64,000 nucleotides of DNA, taken from the NCBI GenBank assembly GCA_029260965.1, contig JAJDCG010000001.1, positions 376,012-440,011 of the forward strand, given 5' to 3'. Made by a program: the position numbers and the translations under genes. Positions 27,461 to 37,898 of the stretch are shown piece after piece. Source of the stretch: Candidatus Levyibacteriota bacterium (GTDB lineage Bacteria > Patescibacteriota > Microgenomatia > Levybacterales > UBA12049). Position 1 is the first letter of the stretch. Every line of letters begins with the position of its first letter. The notes below the pieces were generated by a model. That model had not been told where the DNA came from and did no database searches. It was given only the letters and a program-made list of their open reading frames with translations.

Positions 27461-28990
27461 ATGGTAGAAAGTTTTATGGAATTTATAAAAAGAAATTACT
27501 TTTCGATTTCAGTCATGGGGTTAGCAGTTTTGTACTTTACGCTTCGTCTTAATAATATTCTTTCGCTTCCTATATTCACTGATGAAGCAATTTATGTTCG
27601 CTGGAGTCAGATCGCATCAAACGATGCAAGCTGGCGGTTCATCTCACTTACCGATGGCAAGCAGCCAAGTTTTGTCTGGATCGCCATGATTTTGATGAAA
27701 TTTATCTCTGATCCGCTTTTGGCAGGTCGTTTGGTTTCTGTTTTTGCTGGTGTAGGTTCTGTCATAGGAATTTATTTTTTGGGAAGCGAGTTATTTAAAG
27801 ATCGGAAAATAGGTCTTCTGGCGAGTTTGATTTATGTAGTATTTCCATTTGCATTAGTGTATGACCGTCTCGCATTATACGATTCATTGGTTGGGATGTT
27901 TATCATCTGGGCAATGTATCTGGAGGTGCTTTTGGTGCGCAAGCCTCGTCTTGATACAGCACTCATATTGGGTATGGTAATCGGTGCTGGTATGCTTACC
28001 AAGACCAGTAATAATTTTGCGTTTATACTTCTTCCTTTTTCGCTTCTTTTGTTTGATTTTAAAAACAAAAAATGGAAGGAAAATCTTAAAAACTGGATAG
28101 TCTTTGCACTCATTGCAGTAGGACTGTCGCAGGTGATGTATGCAATTCTTAGACTTTCACCTTTTTATCACATTGTTTCAGATAAAAATGCAGTATTTGT
28201 TTACCCGATTAGTGAGTGGATCAGAAGTCCTTTTGCTTTTTTTACTGGCAACATAAAAGGACTTACGAGTTGGCTTTTTACATACATGAGTTATCCGTTT
28301 ATAGTTTTGGTGGTCTCTTCTTTTTTGATAGATAAAAAAACTTTTAGAAAAAAATTATTTTTGCTTGTATGGTTTGCTGCTCCGTTTTTCGCGCTTGCTC
28401 TTTTTGGTAAAGTAATATATCCGAGATTTATTCTTTTTATGAGCATGCCTCTTCTTCTTCTCGGAGCATATGCTTTGTTTAATCTGGTAAGAACAGCAGA
28501 AAAAAAATGGATGAAAATCACGATTCCTTTTGTCTTCCTGGTGGGTTTTATAATAAATGATTATTTCATTGTTACAGATTTTTCAAAAGCTTCCATACCG
28601 ACTGCTGATCGTGAACAATTTATCACGGATTGGCCAGCAGGTGTGGGTGTGAAGGAGACGGTTGAGTTTTTGAGACAAGCATCTAGCAATGAAAAGTTGT
28701 TTGTAGCAACACAGGGGACGTTTGGTCTTATGCCATATGCCTTGGAAATCTATCTTTCAGACAATCCAAATATAGAGATAAAAGGATATTGGCCGATTGA
28801 GGATCATCTAAGTCAGGAAATATTGGAAAAATCAAAAGAAAAGAAAACATATTTTATTTTTTACCAACCATGTCCTCCGTGCATGAAAACTGGTGTTGCA
28901 CCAAGTCAATATCCTCTTAAAGAGGTATTCCAAATAGAAAAAGAGCAAATGGGTAGTTATTACACTCTTTATGAAGTTCAAAACCTTTAG
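27461..28990 (+). CDS. GT-C membrane glycosyltransferase, ArnT/PMT-like (GT39/GT83-like)
   Basis: First extracytoplasmic loop carries FTDEAIY (DE motif) between TM1 and TM2. About 11 TM segments plus a C-terminal soluble domain. Confidence 0.55.
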   Translation: MVESFMEFIKRNYFSISVMGLAVLYFTLRLNNILSLPIFTDEAIYVRWSQIASNDASWRFISLTDGKQPSFVWIAMILMKFISDPLLAGRLVSVFAGVGSVIGIYFLGSELFKDRKIGLLASLIYVVFPFALVYDRLALYDSLVGMFIIWAMYLEVLLVRKPRLDTALILGMVIGAGMLTKTSNNFAFILLPFSLLLFDFKNKKWKENLKNWIVFALIAVGLSQVMYAILRLSPFYHIVSDKNAVFVYPISEWIRSPFAFFTGNIKGLTSWLFTYMSYPFIVLVVSSFLIDKKTFRKKLFLLVWFAAPFFALALFGKVIYPRFILFMSMPLLLLGAYALFNLVRTAEKKWMKITIPFVFLVGFIINDYFIVTDFSKASIPTADREQFITDWPAGVGVKETVEFLRQASSNEKLFVATQGTFGLMPYALEIYLSDNPNIEIKGYWPIEDHLSQEILEKSKEKKTYFIFYQPCPPCMKTGVAPSQYPLKEVFQIEKEQMGSYYTLYEVQNL

Positions 28991-30659
28991 TATTTTACTA
29001 GTCATTATTTTGCTTGCAATTTTTCTCCGGTTTTTTCGACTGGACAGTATCCCAAATGGGCTTTATCAGGATGAGACATCAATAGGTTATAGCGCATATT
29101 CGATAATTGAGACAGGAAAAGACGAGTATGGAAAAGATTTTCCTGTTTATTTTAAATCATTTGGAGACCAGAAGTTGCCTGTTTATATTTACTCGACAGT
29201 TGCATCTGTTAGGATGTTTGGTTTAACCCCGTTCGCAGTACGAACACCGTCCGCGTTTTTTGGCGTGCTGTCAGTTGTTGCATTTTTTTTCTTCGTTAAA
29301 TTTTTTACAAAAAGTGAAAATTTAGCACTCACATCAAGTTTTCTGCTTGCGATAAATCCATGGAGTCTTCATTATAATCGTGCAGCATTTGAGGTGAGCA
29401 TAGGACTTTTCTTGTTTATTGTTGGTGGATATCTACTTGGAAGATTTTTCAAAAACAGAACAAAGGGTGCATTTTTGGGAGGGACAATCTGTTTTGTATT
29501 GGCACTTTATTCTTATAATCTGACTCGACTTTTATCTCCGCTTCTTTTTCTTTTTTTTGTTTTTGTGTATAGAAATAAATTAAAAAGCGTATCAAAAAAA
29601 GAAGTAATTATAGCTATCACAGTTGGAGGATTTATGTTGATACCCTTTCTGACAAGCCTGATGGCTCCAGGTGGTGTTTCTTCAGCAGCAGGAACGCTTA
29701 TCAATTCGAGCGCAGTAGCTCAGGCACCCATTGCGGAATTGAGGGCATATATGCTTGCTCTCCCTACAGGTTTTGATAAGTTATTTTTTAATAAATATGT
29801 GCTTACTGGATGGCAATACGTCCAGAATATTTTTTCATATTTTTCTGTTGATTTTTTCTTTCTCAAAGGTTCTGGACACGGTAATCATGGAATGGGCAAT
29901 ATGGGATATTTTTATTTAGTAGAGTTGCCTTTTATTTTAATCGGAATTATTAGTTTTATCCGTAATAAAATTGCAGGGTTTGGCATGCTAATTGGATGGG
30001 GGGTAATTACAATTATGGTAGCCTCGCTTACTAGAGAAGCACCACATGCAACCAGGAGTTATTTTTTAACTGTCCCGTTAATTATTTTTTCAGGCGCTGG
30101 AGTAATTAGTGTATTTGAATATTTAAAAAAAGTTAAGTCGCAGTATTTAAGAAATTTATTAATTTTGATAATTTCTATATCAGCTTTTTATAACTTAACT
30201 TATTATTTTTTAAATTATTATATACGTTTTCCAGTTGCGTTTGCCGAAGACTGGAGGGCGCAGGACGTAGAATTGGTAAATTATCTAAAAAAAAATGAAG
30301 ATAAGTTTGAAAAAATAATTATTGATCCTAGGTCAAAATTTATTTACACTTCTCATCTTTTTTATACGAAATACGATCCTATTATGTTTCAGGAAACAGT
30401 AAAGCGATCACCTGATGATCCAGAGGGTTTTAGCGTTGTTAGATCTTATGGAAATTTTGAATACAGAGATATTGATTGGGAGGAGGATCTAAATTCACCA
30501 AAAACTTTAATAATTTCTTCTCCTGATTTTGCGCCTTATGATCTGGATGCGGATTTTATTGTTTTTCACCCTGAATATCCTGTTGCATTCGCAAAGGATC
30601 AGAAAGTAATACTGAATTTGGTGAATGATAAAGCATATGTCTTATTTGAAACAAAATAA
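28971..30659 (+). CDS. GT-C membrane glycosyltransferase, PMT_2-like paralog 1
   Basis: YQDETSIGYSAYSIIETGKDEYGKDFPVYFKSFGDQKLPVYIY and FGLTPFAVRTPSAFFGVL, shared with the ORFs at 43300, 44955 and 49830. C-terminal soluble domain with REAPHATRS. Confidence 0.65.
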   Translation: MKFKTFSILLVIILLAIFLRFFRLDSIPNGLYQDETSIGYSAYSIIETGKDEYGKDFPVYFKSFGDQKLPVYIYSTVASVRMFGLTPFAVRTPSAFFGVLSVVAFFFFVKFFTKSENLALTSSFLLAINPWSLHYNRAAFEVSIGLFLFIVGGYLLGRFFKNRTKGAFLGGTICFVLALYSYNLTRLLSPLLFLFFVFVYRNKLKSVSKKEVIIAITVGGFMLIPFLTSLMAPGGVSSAAGTLINSSAVAQAPIAELRAYMLALPTGFDKLFFNKYVLTGWQYVQNIFSYFSVDFFFLKGSGHGNHGMGNMGYFYLVELPFILIGIISFIRNKIAGFGMLIGWGVITIMVASLTREAPHATRSYFLTVPLIIFSGAGVISVFEYLKKVKSQYLRNLLILIISISAFYNLTYYFLNYYIRFPVAFAEDWRAQDVELVNYLKKNEDKFEKIIIDPRSKFIYTSHLFYTKYDPIMFQETVKRSPDDPEGFSVVRSYGNFEYRDIDWEEDLNSPKTLIISSPDFAPYDLDADFIVFHPEYPVAFAKDQKVILNLVNDKAYVLFETK

Positions 30660-32211
30660 AAACAACATACTAATAATTTTATTTTTGATCGTGGTTATGT
30701 TACCAGCGGTTTTTCCACTTCTGAGAGAGGGTTTTTTCGTAACAGATGATGCAGAGTGGATGATAATACGTTTTTCTGCATTTCATGAAGCATTTCGTGA
30801 TGGTCAATTTCCAGTTCGATTTTTAGGAAGGTTAAATCATGGGTTTGGCTATCCAGCACCCACATTTTTATATCCAGGTTTTATGTATATTGCAGAAATT
30901 TTTCATCTCCTTGGAGTTGAATTTTTAGAGAGTATAAAAATGGTTATTTTATTTTCTATTGTTTTGTCGGGTATATTTACCTTTTTTTGGTTGAGAAAGT
31001 TTTTTACTTTACTACCATCTTTTATAGGAGCAATTGTTTATGTTTATTCACCCTATCATTTATATGATGTGTATGTCAGAGGTTCTGTAGGGGAGGTGCT
31101 TGCGATTGCAGTCCTTCCTTTTATACTCTGGCAGATCGAGCGAAAAAGCGTTTTCTGGACAGCACTGAGTATTGGGCTTTTGATACTTTCCCACAATATA
31201 TTGGCTGCTATGTTCGTACCGCTAATTGTTGCATATATGATTCTTGATTGGTATGTGCTGAAAAAAACACAGACACATTTTTTTATTCAAACTGTTTTTT
31301 TTGGACTCGGAATATCTTCGTTTTTTTGGATACCAGCATTAACTGAATTAAGACATACAGTTTTTCTTGATACAAATATTTCTGATTGGAGTAGATATTT
31401 CGCAGATATAAATTTGATAGGAACCAAAACTTTGGCAGTTCTTCTTTTTGCATTGATCAGTATGGTAAGTAAAAAAATATCGATAAAAAAGCATCGTCTT
31501 AGTGTGTTCTTTTTTATAGTAGGTACCTTGGTAGTTTTTATGTCAAGTGTATTAAGTATGTTTATTTGGAAATTTTTTCCTGTTCAGTTTATCCAGTTTC
31601 CATACCGCTTTTTATCAATAGCGCTTATCAGTACGGCTTTTTTGATGGCAGTAAACATCACTGTTTTAACAGGGGTTAGGAAAAAGTTTTTTATTGGGTT
31701 GGTAGTTGTTATTTTAGCTATCCCATTTTTTGCTCGTATGAGGGCTATTGAGTTTATTGACAAAGGTAACGGGTTTTATGCGACTAACAATGCAACAACC
31801 ACCATACACGATGAATATATGCCTGTTTGGGTAAAGGAAATTCCAATGACTGGTGTGTATAATAAAGTAGAGATTATCAATGGCGATGGGGGTGTAAAAG
31901 ACTTGATAGTAACAAATGACATGATCAAATTTACGACAGATATAAAAAGTACTGCTGTTGCACGGGTAAACACAATTTATTGGCCAGGATGGAAAGTCAG
32001 TATTAATCAGGTGCCTGCTGATTTAGATTATTCAAATAAAAAGGGAGTAATGGACATAAAGGTTCCCAGGGGGCTATCTGTGGTTGAGCTGACTTTCGAT
32101 GAGACCCTGATGAGAATGTTTGCAAATACAGTATCTATGACTAGTATGATATTTTTGATACTTATTGCCTTGATAAACAAGAAAAATAAATTTTTATTAT
32201 GGAATTCGTAA
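30625..32211 (+). CDS. polytopic membrane protein, 6-pyruvoyl-tetrahydropterin-synthase-related family (putative GT-C)
   Basis: N-terminal DDAEWMIIRFSAFHEAFRDGQFPVRFLGRLNHGFGYPAPTFLYP fits the PTPS-related membrane family signature (DD..H..R...G.FP.RW...GYGYP.F.FY.PL). About 13 TM segments plus a C-terminal beta-rich domain. Confidence 0.5.
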   Translation: MIKHMSYLKQNKNNILIILFLIVVMLPAVFPLLREGFFVTDDAEWMIIRFSAFHEAFRDGQFPVRFLGRLNHGFGYPAPTFLYPGFMYIAEIFHLLGVEFLESIKMVILFSIVLSGIFTFFWLRKFFTLLPSFIGAIVYVYSPYHLYDVYVRGSVGEVLAIAVLPFILWQIERKSVFWTALSIGLLILSHNILAAMFVPLIVAYMILDWYVLKKTQTHFFIQTVFFGLGISSFFWIPALTELRHTVFLDTNISDWSRYFADINLIGTKTLAVLLFALISMVSKKISIKKHRLSVFFFIVGTLVVFMSSVLSMFIWKFFPVQFIQFPYRFLSIALISTAFLMAVNITVLTGVRKKFFIGLVVVILAIPFFARMRAIEFIDKGNGFYATNNATTTIHDEYMPVWVKEIPMTGVYNKVEIINGDGGVKDLIVTNDMIKFTTDIKSTAVARVNTIYWPGWKVSINQVPADLDYSNKKGVMDIKVPRGLSVVELTFDETLMRMFANTVSMTSMIFLILIALINKKNKFLLWNS

Positions 32212-33941
32212 AAAAGAATATTTTTATAATACTACTTTTGATTTTGTCTTATTGGTCTTTGAAGCCACTATTTCACTCTAATTTTTTTCCAATACATGAC
32301 GACATACAGGTTGCAAGAGTTTTTGAAATGCACAAGGCACTAGATGACGGCATGTTTCCTGTGAGATGGAGTCAGGGTCTTGGTTATAATTTTGGATATC
32401 CGATATTTAATTTTTATGCACCCCTAGCTTATTATCTTGGGGCATTAGTAATGATATTGGGATTAGACGCTTTGTCTGCAACAAAAGTCATGATGGGGGT
32501 GGGAATATTGCTTGCTTTGGTTGGGATGTACTTGTTTGCTAAAGAGATTTGGGGTAGAAGGGGTGCTTTTATTTCAGCACTTTTATATTTATATGCACCA
32601 TATCATGCAGTGGATATTTATGTTAGAGGAGATGTTGCAGAGTTTTTTGCGTATGGTTTTATCCCGTTTGTTTTCCTTGGGATTTATAAAATTTATAAAA
32701 CAACAAAGGAGTATGTTGATGTTAAAAACAAAAATAAAATTTCTGCTCTTAAAAAGAAAATATGGAATTGGGTAATTCTTGCCTCTTTGTCGTTTGCAGC
32801 TGTTATACTTTCTCACAACCTAAGTGCGATGATGGTGACACCATTTTTACTTATATTTTCCTTTTGTTTGTATATTAGCTTGCGAAGAAAAGAAAAATTG
32901 TACAATCCTTATTTTATTTTTTTGAGTTTGATAGTGGGTATTCTAATTGCAGGATTTTATTGGGTACCAGTATTTCCGATGATGCAGTACACAGATGTAT
33001 TGTCAGTGGTAGGTGGAGGATCATATTACGGAGATCATTTTGTATGTATTGGTCAATTGTGGGATAGCCCTTGGGGATTTGGTGGTTCTGCGCCTGGATG
33101 TATTGATGGTATTTCACTAAAGATAGGAAAACCTCATTTGCTTCTTGGATTGACATCTCTCATTATGCTAAGTTTTTTTAGAAAAAAGCTAAAATATAAC
33201 AAAAAAGTAGTATGGTTTTTTACTTTTTCATTTGTTTTTTCAATTTTTTTGACAATTGAACAATCAAAATTTATTTGGGACATTTTATCTCCAATGGCAT
33301 TTTTTCAATTTCCTTGGAGATTTTTACTTGTTGCTACTTTTTTTATCTCATTCTTGGGTGGGGGACTTTTTTATGTTTTGGATATGATTATTTCAAATAA
33401 TAAAAGACTTAATCCTTTTTATACACTTTTCCTATTAACAATAGCATGTGCGATCTTGTTTTATAATGCAAAGCTTTTTAATCCACAAATTTTTAATACC
33501 AAGACAGTCGAGGATTATACATCTTTTGACGAGGTATCATGGCGAGTGTCAAAGCTATCTGATGAATATATGCCACCAGATTTTTTTAGACCCTTGGGCA
33601 TTCGGGTCGTGCCCAAAAACAAAATAATGAACACCATGCAAGTTAAAATTTTGGAGCAAATAGAAAAAACAAACCATCTCTTTGCAGTCGTTGAGGCATC
33701 GTCTGAATCAAAACTGACTGTAAATCTTGCCTATTTTCCTGGGTGGCATGTCTATATCGACGGTAGACAAGAGTGGTTTAGTTACTTCAACCAGGGTTTA
33801 ATCATAAATATTCCAGAGGGTAGGCATGATCTAGACATTGTTTACCAGCAAACACCCGTACAGATAATGGGAAACATACTTACTATCACTGGATCACTAA
33901 TACTTCTTATTGGTATAATTAAACTCAAGAAAGATAAATAA
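32199..33941 (+). CDS. polytopic membrane protein, PTPS-related family, tandem paralog
   Basis: HDDIQVARVFEMHKALDDGMFPVRWSQGLGYNFGYPIFNFYAPLAYY. C-terminal YFPGWHVYIDG parallels IYWPGWKVSIN in the upstream paralog. Confidence 0.5.
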   Translation: MEFVKKNIFIILLLILSYWSLKPLFHSNFFPIHDDIQVARVFEMHKALDDGMFPVRWSQGLGYNFGYPIFNFYAPLAYYLGALVMILGLDALSATKVMMGVGILLALVGMYLFAKEIWGRRGAFISALLYLYAPYHAVDIYVRGDVAEFFAYGFIPFVFLGIYKIYKTTKEYVDVKNKNKISALKKKIWNWVILASLSFAAVILSHNLSAMMVTPFLLIFSFCLYISLRRKEKLYNPYFIFLSLIVGILIAGFYWVPVFPMMQYTDVLSVVGGGSYYGDHFVCIGQLWDSPWGFGGSAPGCIDGISLKIGKPHLLLGLTSLIMLSFFRKKLKYNKKVVWFFTFSFVFSIFLTIEQSKFIWDILSPMAFFQFPWRFLLVATFFISFLGGGLFYVLDMIISNNKRLNPFYTLFLLTIACAILFYNAKLFNPQIFNTKTVEDYTSFDEVSWRVSKLSDEYMPPDFFRPLGIRVVPKNKIMNTMQVKILEQIEKTNHLFAVVEASSESKLTVNLAYFPGWHVYIDGRQEWFSYFNQGLIINIPEGRHDLDIVYQQTPVQIMGNILTITGSLILLIGIIKLKKDK

Positions 33942-34660
33942 TGGAAAATAAGCTATCAGAATTATCAATATTTTTTCCTTTTTGGGATGAGGAACAAAAT
34001 GTCAGGGGAGTAGTTACGCAAGCAATTCCTATTGCTGAAAGTGTGGCGAAAAAATGGGAAATTATCATGATTGACGATGGATCAGCTGATAAAACTTTGG
34101 AAGTAATGAAGGATATGGCAGAAAAAGATAAAAGACTTAAAATAGTTCATCACAAAATAAATAGAGGTTATGGTGCAGCTCTAAGATCAGGTTTCGAAAA
34201 TTCGCAATATAAATATATAGTCTTTACAGATGGAGATGGGCAGTTTGATTTTTCAGAAGTAGATAAGTTTGCAGAAAAAATAAAATCAGCTGACATAGTT
34301 GTAGGTTTTCGAAAAAAGAGGCGTGACCAAAAGATATTAAAAAGGCTTCTCTTGATGAATCTTTTGAAAGTATGGGATTTTATACTTTTTAGATTTTATT
34401 TCAAAGACATTGATTGCGGATTTAAGATGTTTAGAAAAGAAGCTATTGAAAAATTGAATCCGCTTAGATCAGAGGGTGCGATGATAACATCAGAAATATT
34501 TGCGAAAGCAAAAAGAAAAAAATTAAAACTGGACGAGGTCGGTATTACCCATTATCCACGAACTGTTGGTCATCAAAGTGGTGCAAATATCCCCGTAGTT
34601 GTACGTGCAGTTCTTGAGAGTTTCATTCTCTGGTACGATTTACATTATGGAAGGACCTGA
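33941..34660 (+). CDS. GT2 glycosyltransferase, DPM1/GtrB-like
   Basis: IIMIDDGSADKT, FTDGDGQFD (DxD). 239 aa, no TM segments. Confidence 0.8.
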   Translation: MENKLSELSIFFPFWDEEQNVRGVVTQAIPIAESVAKKWEIIMIDDGSADKTLEVMKDMAEKDKRLKIVHHKINRGYGAALRSGFENSQYKYIVFTDGDGQFDFSEVDKFAEKIKSADIVVGFRKKRRDQKILKRLLLMNLLKVWDFILFRFYFKDIDCGFKMFRKEAIEKLNPLRSEGAMITSEIFAKAKRKKLKLDEVGITHYPRTVGHQSGANIPVVVRAVLESFILWYDLHYGRT

Positions 34661-36104
34661 CCTACTTCATATAGGGAGGCAATCATTGCGTGGGGTTCTG
34701 GCGCTTTCGTCAAGGACATTTTTTCTGCAGCTTATTTCTTTTGGTACTTTTTTTGTTATCTCTACTTTTCTATCCCCGGTTGAAATAGGTATATACACTG
34801 CTGTAGTTGCAGTTCAACGTGTCATTAATTTTTTTACGGATTTTGGTCTCGGTGCTGCTCTTATCCAGAAAAAAGAAGCCTTAACTGATGAGGACTTAAA
34901 GACAAGCTTTACTATGCAGGCTGCTATAACCTTTTTGATATTTTTGCTGGTGTTTTTTAGCAGTAATCAGTTGGCTAGTTTTTTAAATCTTAATTCAGAT
35001 GGCGAAATGCTTCTTTTAGCACTTGTTTTTACTATTTTCATCTCATCGTTTAAGACAATACCATCGATCCTGCTTGAGAGAAAGATTCAATTTCATAAAT
35101 TAGTAATCCCTCAGATCGTAGAGAGCTTAGTATTTAATTTAATACTTGTGGTTCTTGTTATAAAGGGGATGGGCGTTAATAGTTACACATACGCATTTTT
35201 GATCTCTAGCATAGTCGGTCTCCCTTTTTATTATCTAGTCTCTCCATGGAAAATTGGCATTGGTGTTGATAGAAAATCTTTATCTCACCTGAAGTTTGGT
35301 ATCGCGTATCAGGGTAAAAATGTCATAGCAACAATAAAAGATGATCTATTGACTGTTATATTAGTTAGATTTCTTCCATATGCAGAAATAGGGTTTATCG
35401 GTTTTGCACAAAGAATAGCCTTTTTTGTTTATCGATATGTTGTTGATAGTGTAACCAAGGTTACTTTTTCATCGTATGCGCGCATACAGCATGATACAGC
35501 CCTGCTTAGGAAGGCTGTAGAAAAGTCTCTTTTCTTTGTCAGTGGTGTAATGTTTCCACTTTTGATGGGAATTATTCTGGTTGTTCCATATTTTATTGAC
35601 TATTTCTCCAAATGGAACAACAAATGGGAACCAGCGATTATTAGTATTGTATTTTTTAGTCTAAATGCAGCAGTGTCTTCTCTTTCAGGAATTCTGATTA
35701 ATGCACTTGATGCTACAGGACATGTTAAAAAAACTCTTCAGCTTATGATTATTTGGACTATTATTACTTGGACTTTGACGCCTTTATTAATATTCAAATT
35801 GGGCTATAATGGAGTTGCGGCCGCGTCATTCGTGACCTCACTTACTGTTTTTTACACAATATATCTTGTTAAAAAGATTGTTGAGTTTAGTTTGATAAAA
35901 AGCACTTATAAAGCTGTATTAGCAACCATGGTTATGGGAGCTGTAATAACCATTTTGGGAACTTTTTTCATAACAGATATGGTAAAACTTTTTATAACTA
36001 TTGCTGTGGGAGGTCTAATCTATCTAGGTGTTTTTTATGTCCTTGCAAGGCAGGAAATTCGTGAGGGCTTAATACTAGCTTTTAAAAAAAATGACAAAGA
36101 ATAA
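34647..36104 (+). CDS. oligosaccharide flippase (MOP/Wzx family)
   Basis: About 12-14 TM segments with a typical Wzx-like N-terminus (LRGVLALSSRTFFLQLISFG). 14-nt overlap with the upstream GT2. Confidence 0.65.
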   Translation: MEGPDLLHIGRQSLRGVLALSSRTFFLQLISFGTFFVISTFLSPVEIGIYTAVVAVQRVINFFTDFGLGAALIQKKEALTDEDLKTSFTMQAAITFLIFLLVFFSSNQLASFLNLNSDGEMLLLALVFTIFISSFKTIPSILLERKIQFHKLVIPQIVESLVFNLILVVLVIKGMGVNSYTYAFLISSIVGLPFYYLVSPWKIGIGVDRKSLSHLKFGIAYQGKNVIATIKDDLLTVILVRFLPYAEIGFIGFAQRIAFFVYRYVVDSVTKVTFSSYARIQHDTALLRKAVEKSLFFVSGVMFPLLMGIILVVPYFIDYFSKWNNKWEPAIISIVFFSLNAAVSSLSGILINALDATGHVKKTLQLMIIWTIITWTLTPLLIFKLGYNGVAAASFVTSLTVFYTIYLVKKIVEFSLIKSTYKAVLATMVMGAVITILGTFFITDMVKLFITIAVGGLIYLGVFYVLARQEIREGLILAFKKNDKE

Positions 36105-36996
36105 AAAAATATCAGTTGCAATTTGTGCCTTTAATGAGGAAGAAAATATTGAAAGATGTCTGAAGTCTCTAAAATGGGTAGATGAAATAGTGGTGGTTGA
36201 TCCGGGATCTACTGATAAGACCTCTTCTGTAGCAGGTAAATATACTGATAAAATTTTTACTCATAAGAATCCTGGATTTGTTGAGCCACTGCGTAATTTT
36301 TCAATACAAAAAACAACAGGAGAATTTGTGTTGGTCATTGATGCAGATGAGGAAATATCTAGTACTTTGGCGAAGAAGCTAAGGGAGATTGCGGAGAATA
36401 ATAGTGCTGATATAGTAAAGATTCCGAGAAAGAATTTTATTTTTGGTAAATGGATGCAGGCTTCTATGTGGTGGCCAGATTATCATGTGCGTTTTTTCAA
36501 AAAAGGAAAAGTTGTTTGGGGAGATGGAATACATAGCGTTCCAAAAGTTGAGGGACGGGAGGTAAGGCTTGATTTAAAAGAGGAGAATGCAATTATTCAC
36601 CACAATTACGACAATCTATCAGAATTCGTTAAAAGAAATAGTTATTATAGTAAAATCCAGGCAAAAGAACTTTTTGATAGTGGTTATCGATTTGTATGGA
36701 CAGATCTGGTTAGAAGGCCACTGGGCGAGTTCCTTGGTAGATTTTTTGCCAATAAAGGCTATAAGGACGGGCTGCATGGACTAGCATTGAGCATGCTTCA
36801 GGCTTTTATGTTTCTTCTTCAATATATTTATATTTGGGAACTACAAGAATATAAAGATCAGGAGATCTCTTTGAAAGTACTAAAAAAAGAGGCAAAATCC
36901 GCAGGCAAGGAGCTAAAATACTGGTTTGATTTTTCAAATTTTTCTCGTAATCCTACTGCCCGTTTTTTTCAAAAAATAAAAAACAAAATATCATGA
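36091..36996 (+). CDS. GT2 glycosyltransferase
   Basis: ISVAICAFNEEENIERCL...VVVDPGSTDKT, DADEE. 14-nt overlap with the flippase gene. Confidence 0.8.
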   Translation: MTKNKKISVAICAFNEEENIERCLKSLKWVDEIVVVDPGSTDKTSSVAGKYTDKIFTHKNPGFVEPLRNFSIQKTTGEFVLVIDADEEISSTLAKKLREIAENNSADIVKIPRKNFIFGKWMQASMWWPDYHVRFFKKGKVVWGDGIHSVPKVEGREVRLDLKEENAIIHHNYDNLSEFVKRNSYYSKIQAKELFDSGYRFVWTDLVRRPLGEFLGRFFANKGYKDGLHGLALSMLQAFMFLLQYIYIWELQEYKDQEISLKVLKKEAKSAGKELKYWFDFSNFSRNPTARFFQKIKNKIS

Positions 36997-37898
36997 CGAA
37001 GATCACCGCTGTTACGGTTAACTATAATACAAAAAAACAAACCATTGAGTTTTTAAATTCGATTAAAAAAATAAATACTCCAAATATTGAACTAAAAAAA
37101 ATAGTAGTTGATAATGGTTCAGTTGATATTTTCCCATCTTCTCAGAAGGGGGATGCGATCCTTTTACGTTCTGAAGATAATCTTGGATTTACAGGAGGAT
37201 ATAATTTAGGAATAAAAAAAGCGTTAGAAGATTGTGCTGATTACGTGCTGGTAATTAATAACGATACTGCAGTTGATAGAAATTTTTTGGTAAATCTTTT
37301 GAAAGGTTTTGATAAAGAAAAAGATACAGGATTGGTTGTCCCGAAAATTTACTTTGCAGAGGGGCATGAGTTTCATAAAAGCAGGTATAAAAAGTCTGAT
37401 TCTGGAAAAGTACTATGGTATGCAGGGGGACATGTCGATTGGGATAATATAAAAGCCATTCATCGCGGATTGGATGAGGTGGACAGGGGGCAGTTTGATC
37501 GGATGCAAAAAATTACTTTTGCAACAGGTTGCGCTGTTCTTGTAAAAAAGGAGGTTTTCGAAAAAATCGGTTTTTTTGATGATGATTATTTTCTTTACTA
37601 TGAAGATTTAGATTTTTCTTTCAGGGCGAAAAGAGCAGGATTTGAGATAGTTTATGCACCAGGTGCAATAGTCTATCATTTTAATGCATCATCTACTGGA
37701 GGATCGGGGTCAGGCCTGCATGATTATTTCTTGACTCGTAATCAAATGCTTTTAGGCATAAAATATGCACCTCTGAGATCAAAACTCGCGCTTGTGAGAC
37801 AAGGTTTGAAGCTGTTACTTAACGGCAGAAAATATCAGAAAAAAGGAATAAAAGATTATTATTTAAAGAAATTTGGAAAAGGGAGTTATTTTGAATAA
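36993..37898 (+). CDS. GT2 glycosyltransferase (rhamnosyltransferase-like)
   Basis: ITAVTVNYNT, VVDNGS, YYEDLDFSFRA (DxD / ED motif). Confidence 0.8.
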   Translation: MTKITAVTVNYNTKKQTIEFLNSIKKINTPNIELKKIVVDNGSVDIFPSSQKGDAILLRSEDNLGFTGGYNLGIKKALEDCADYVLVINNDTAVDRNFLVNLLKGFDKEKDTGLVVPKIYFAEGHEFHKSRYKKSDSGKVLWYAGGHVDWDNIKAIHRGLDEVDRGQFDRMQKITFATGCAVLVKKEVFEKIGFFDDDYFLYYEDLDFSFRAKRAGFEIVYAPGAIVYHFNASSTGGSGSGLHDYFLTRNQMLLGIKYAPLRSKLALVRQGLKLLLNGRKYQKKGIKDYYLKKFGKGSYFE

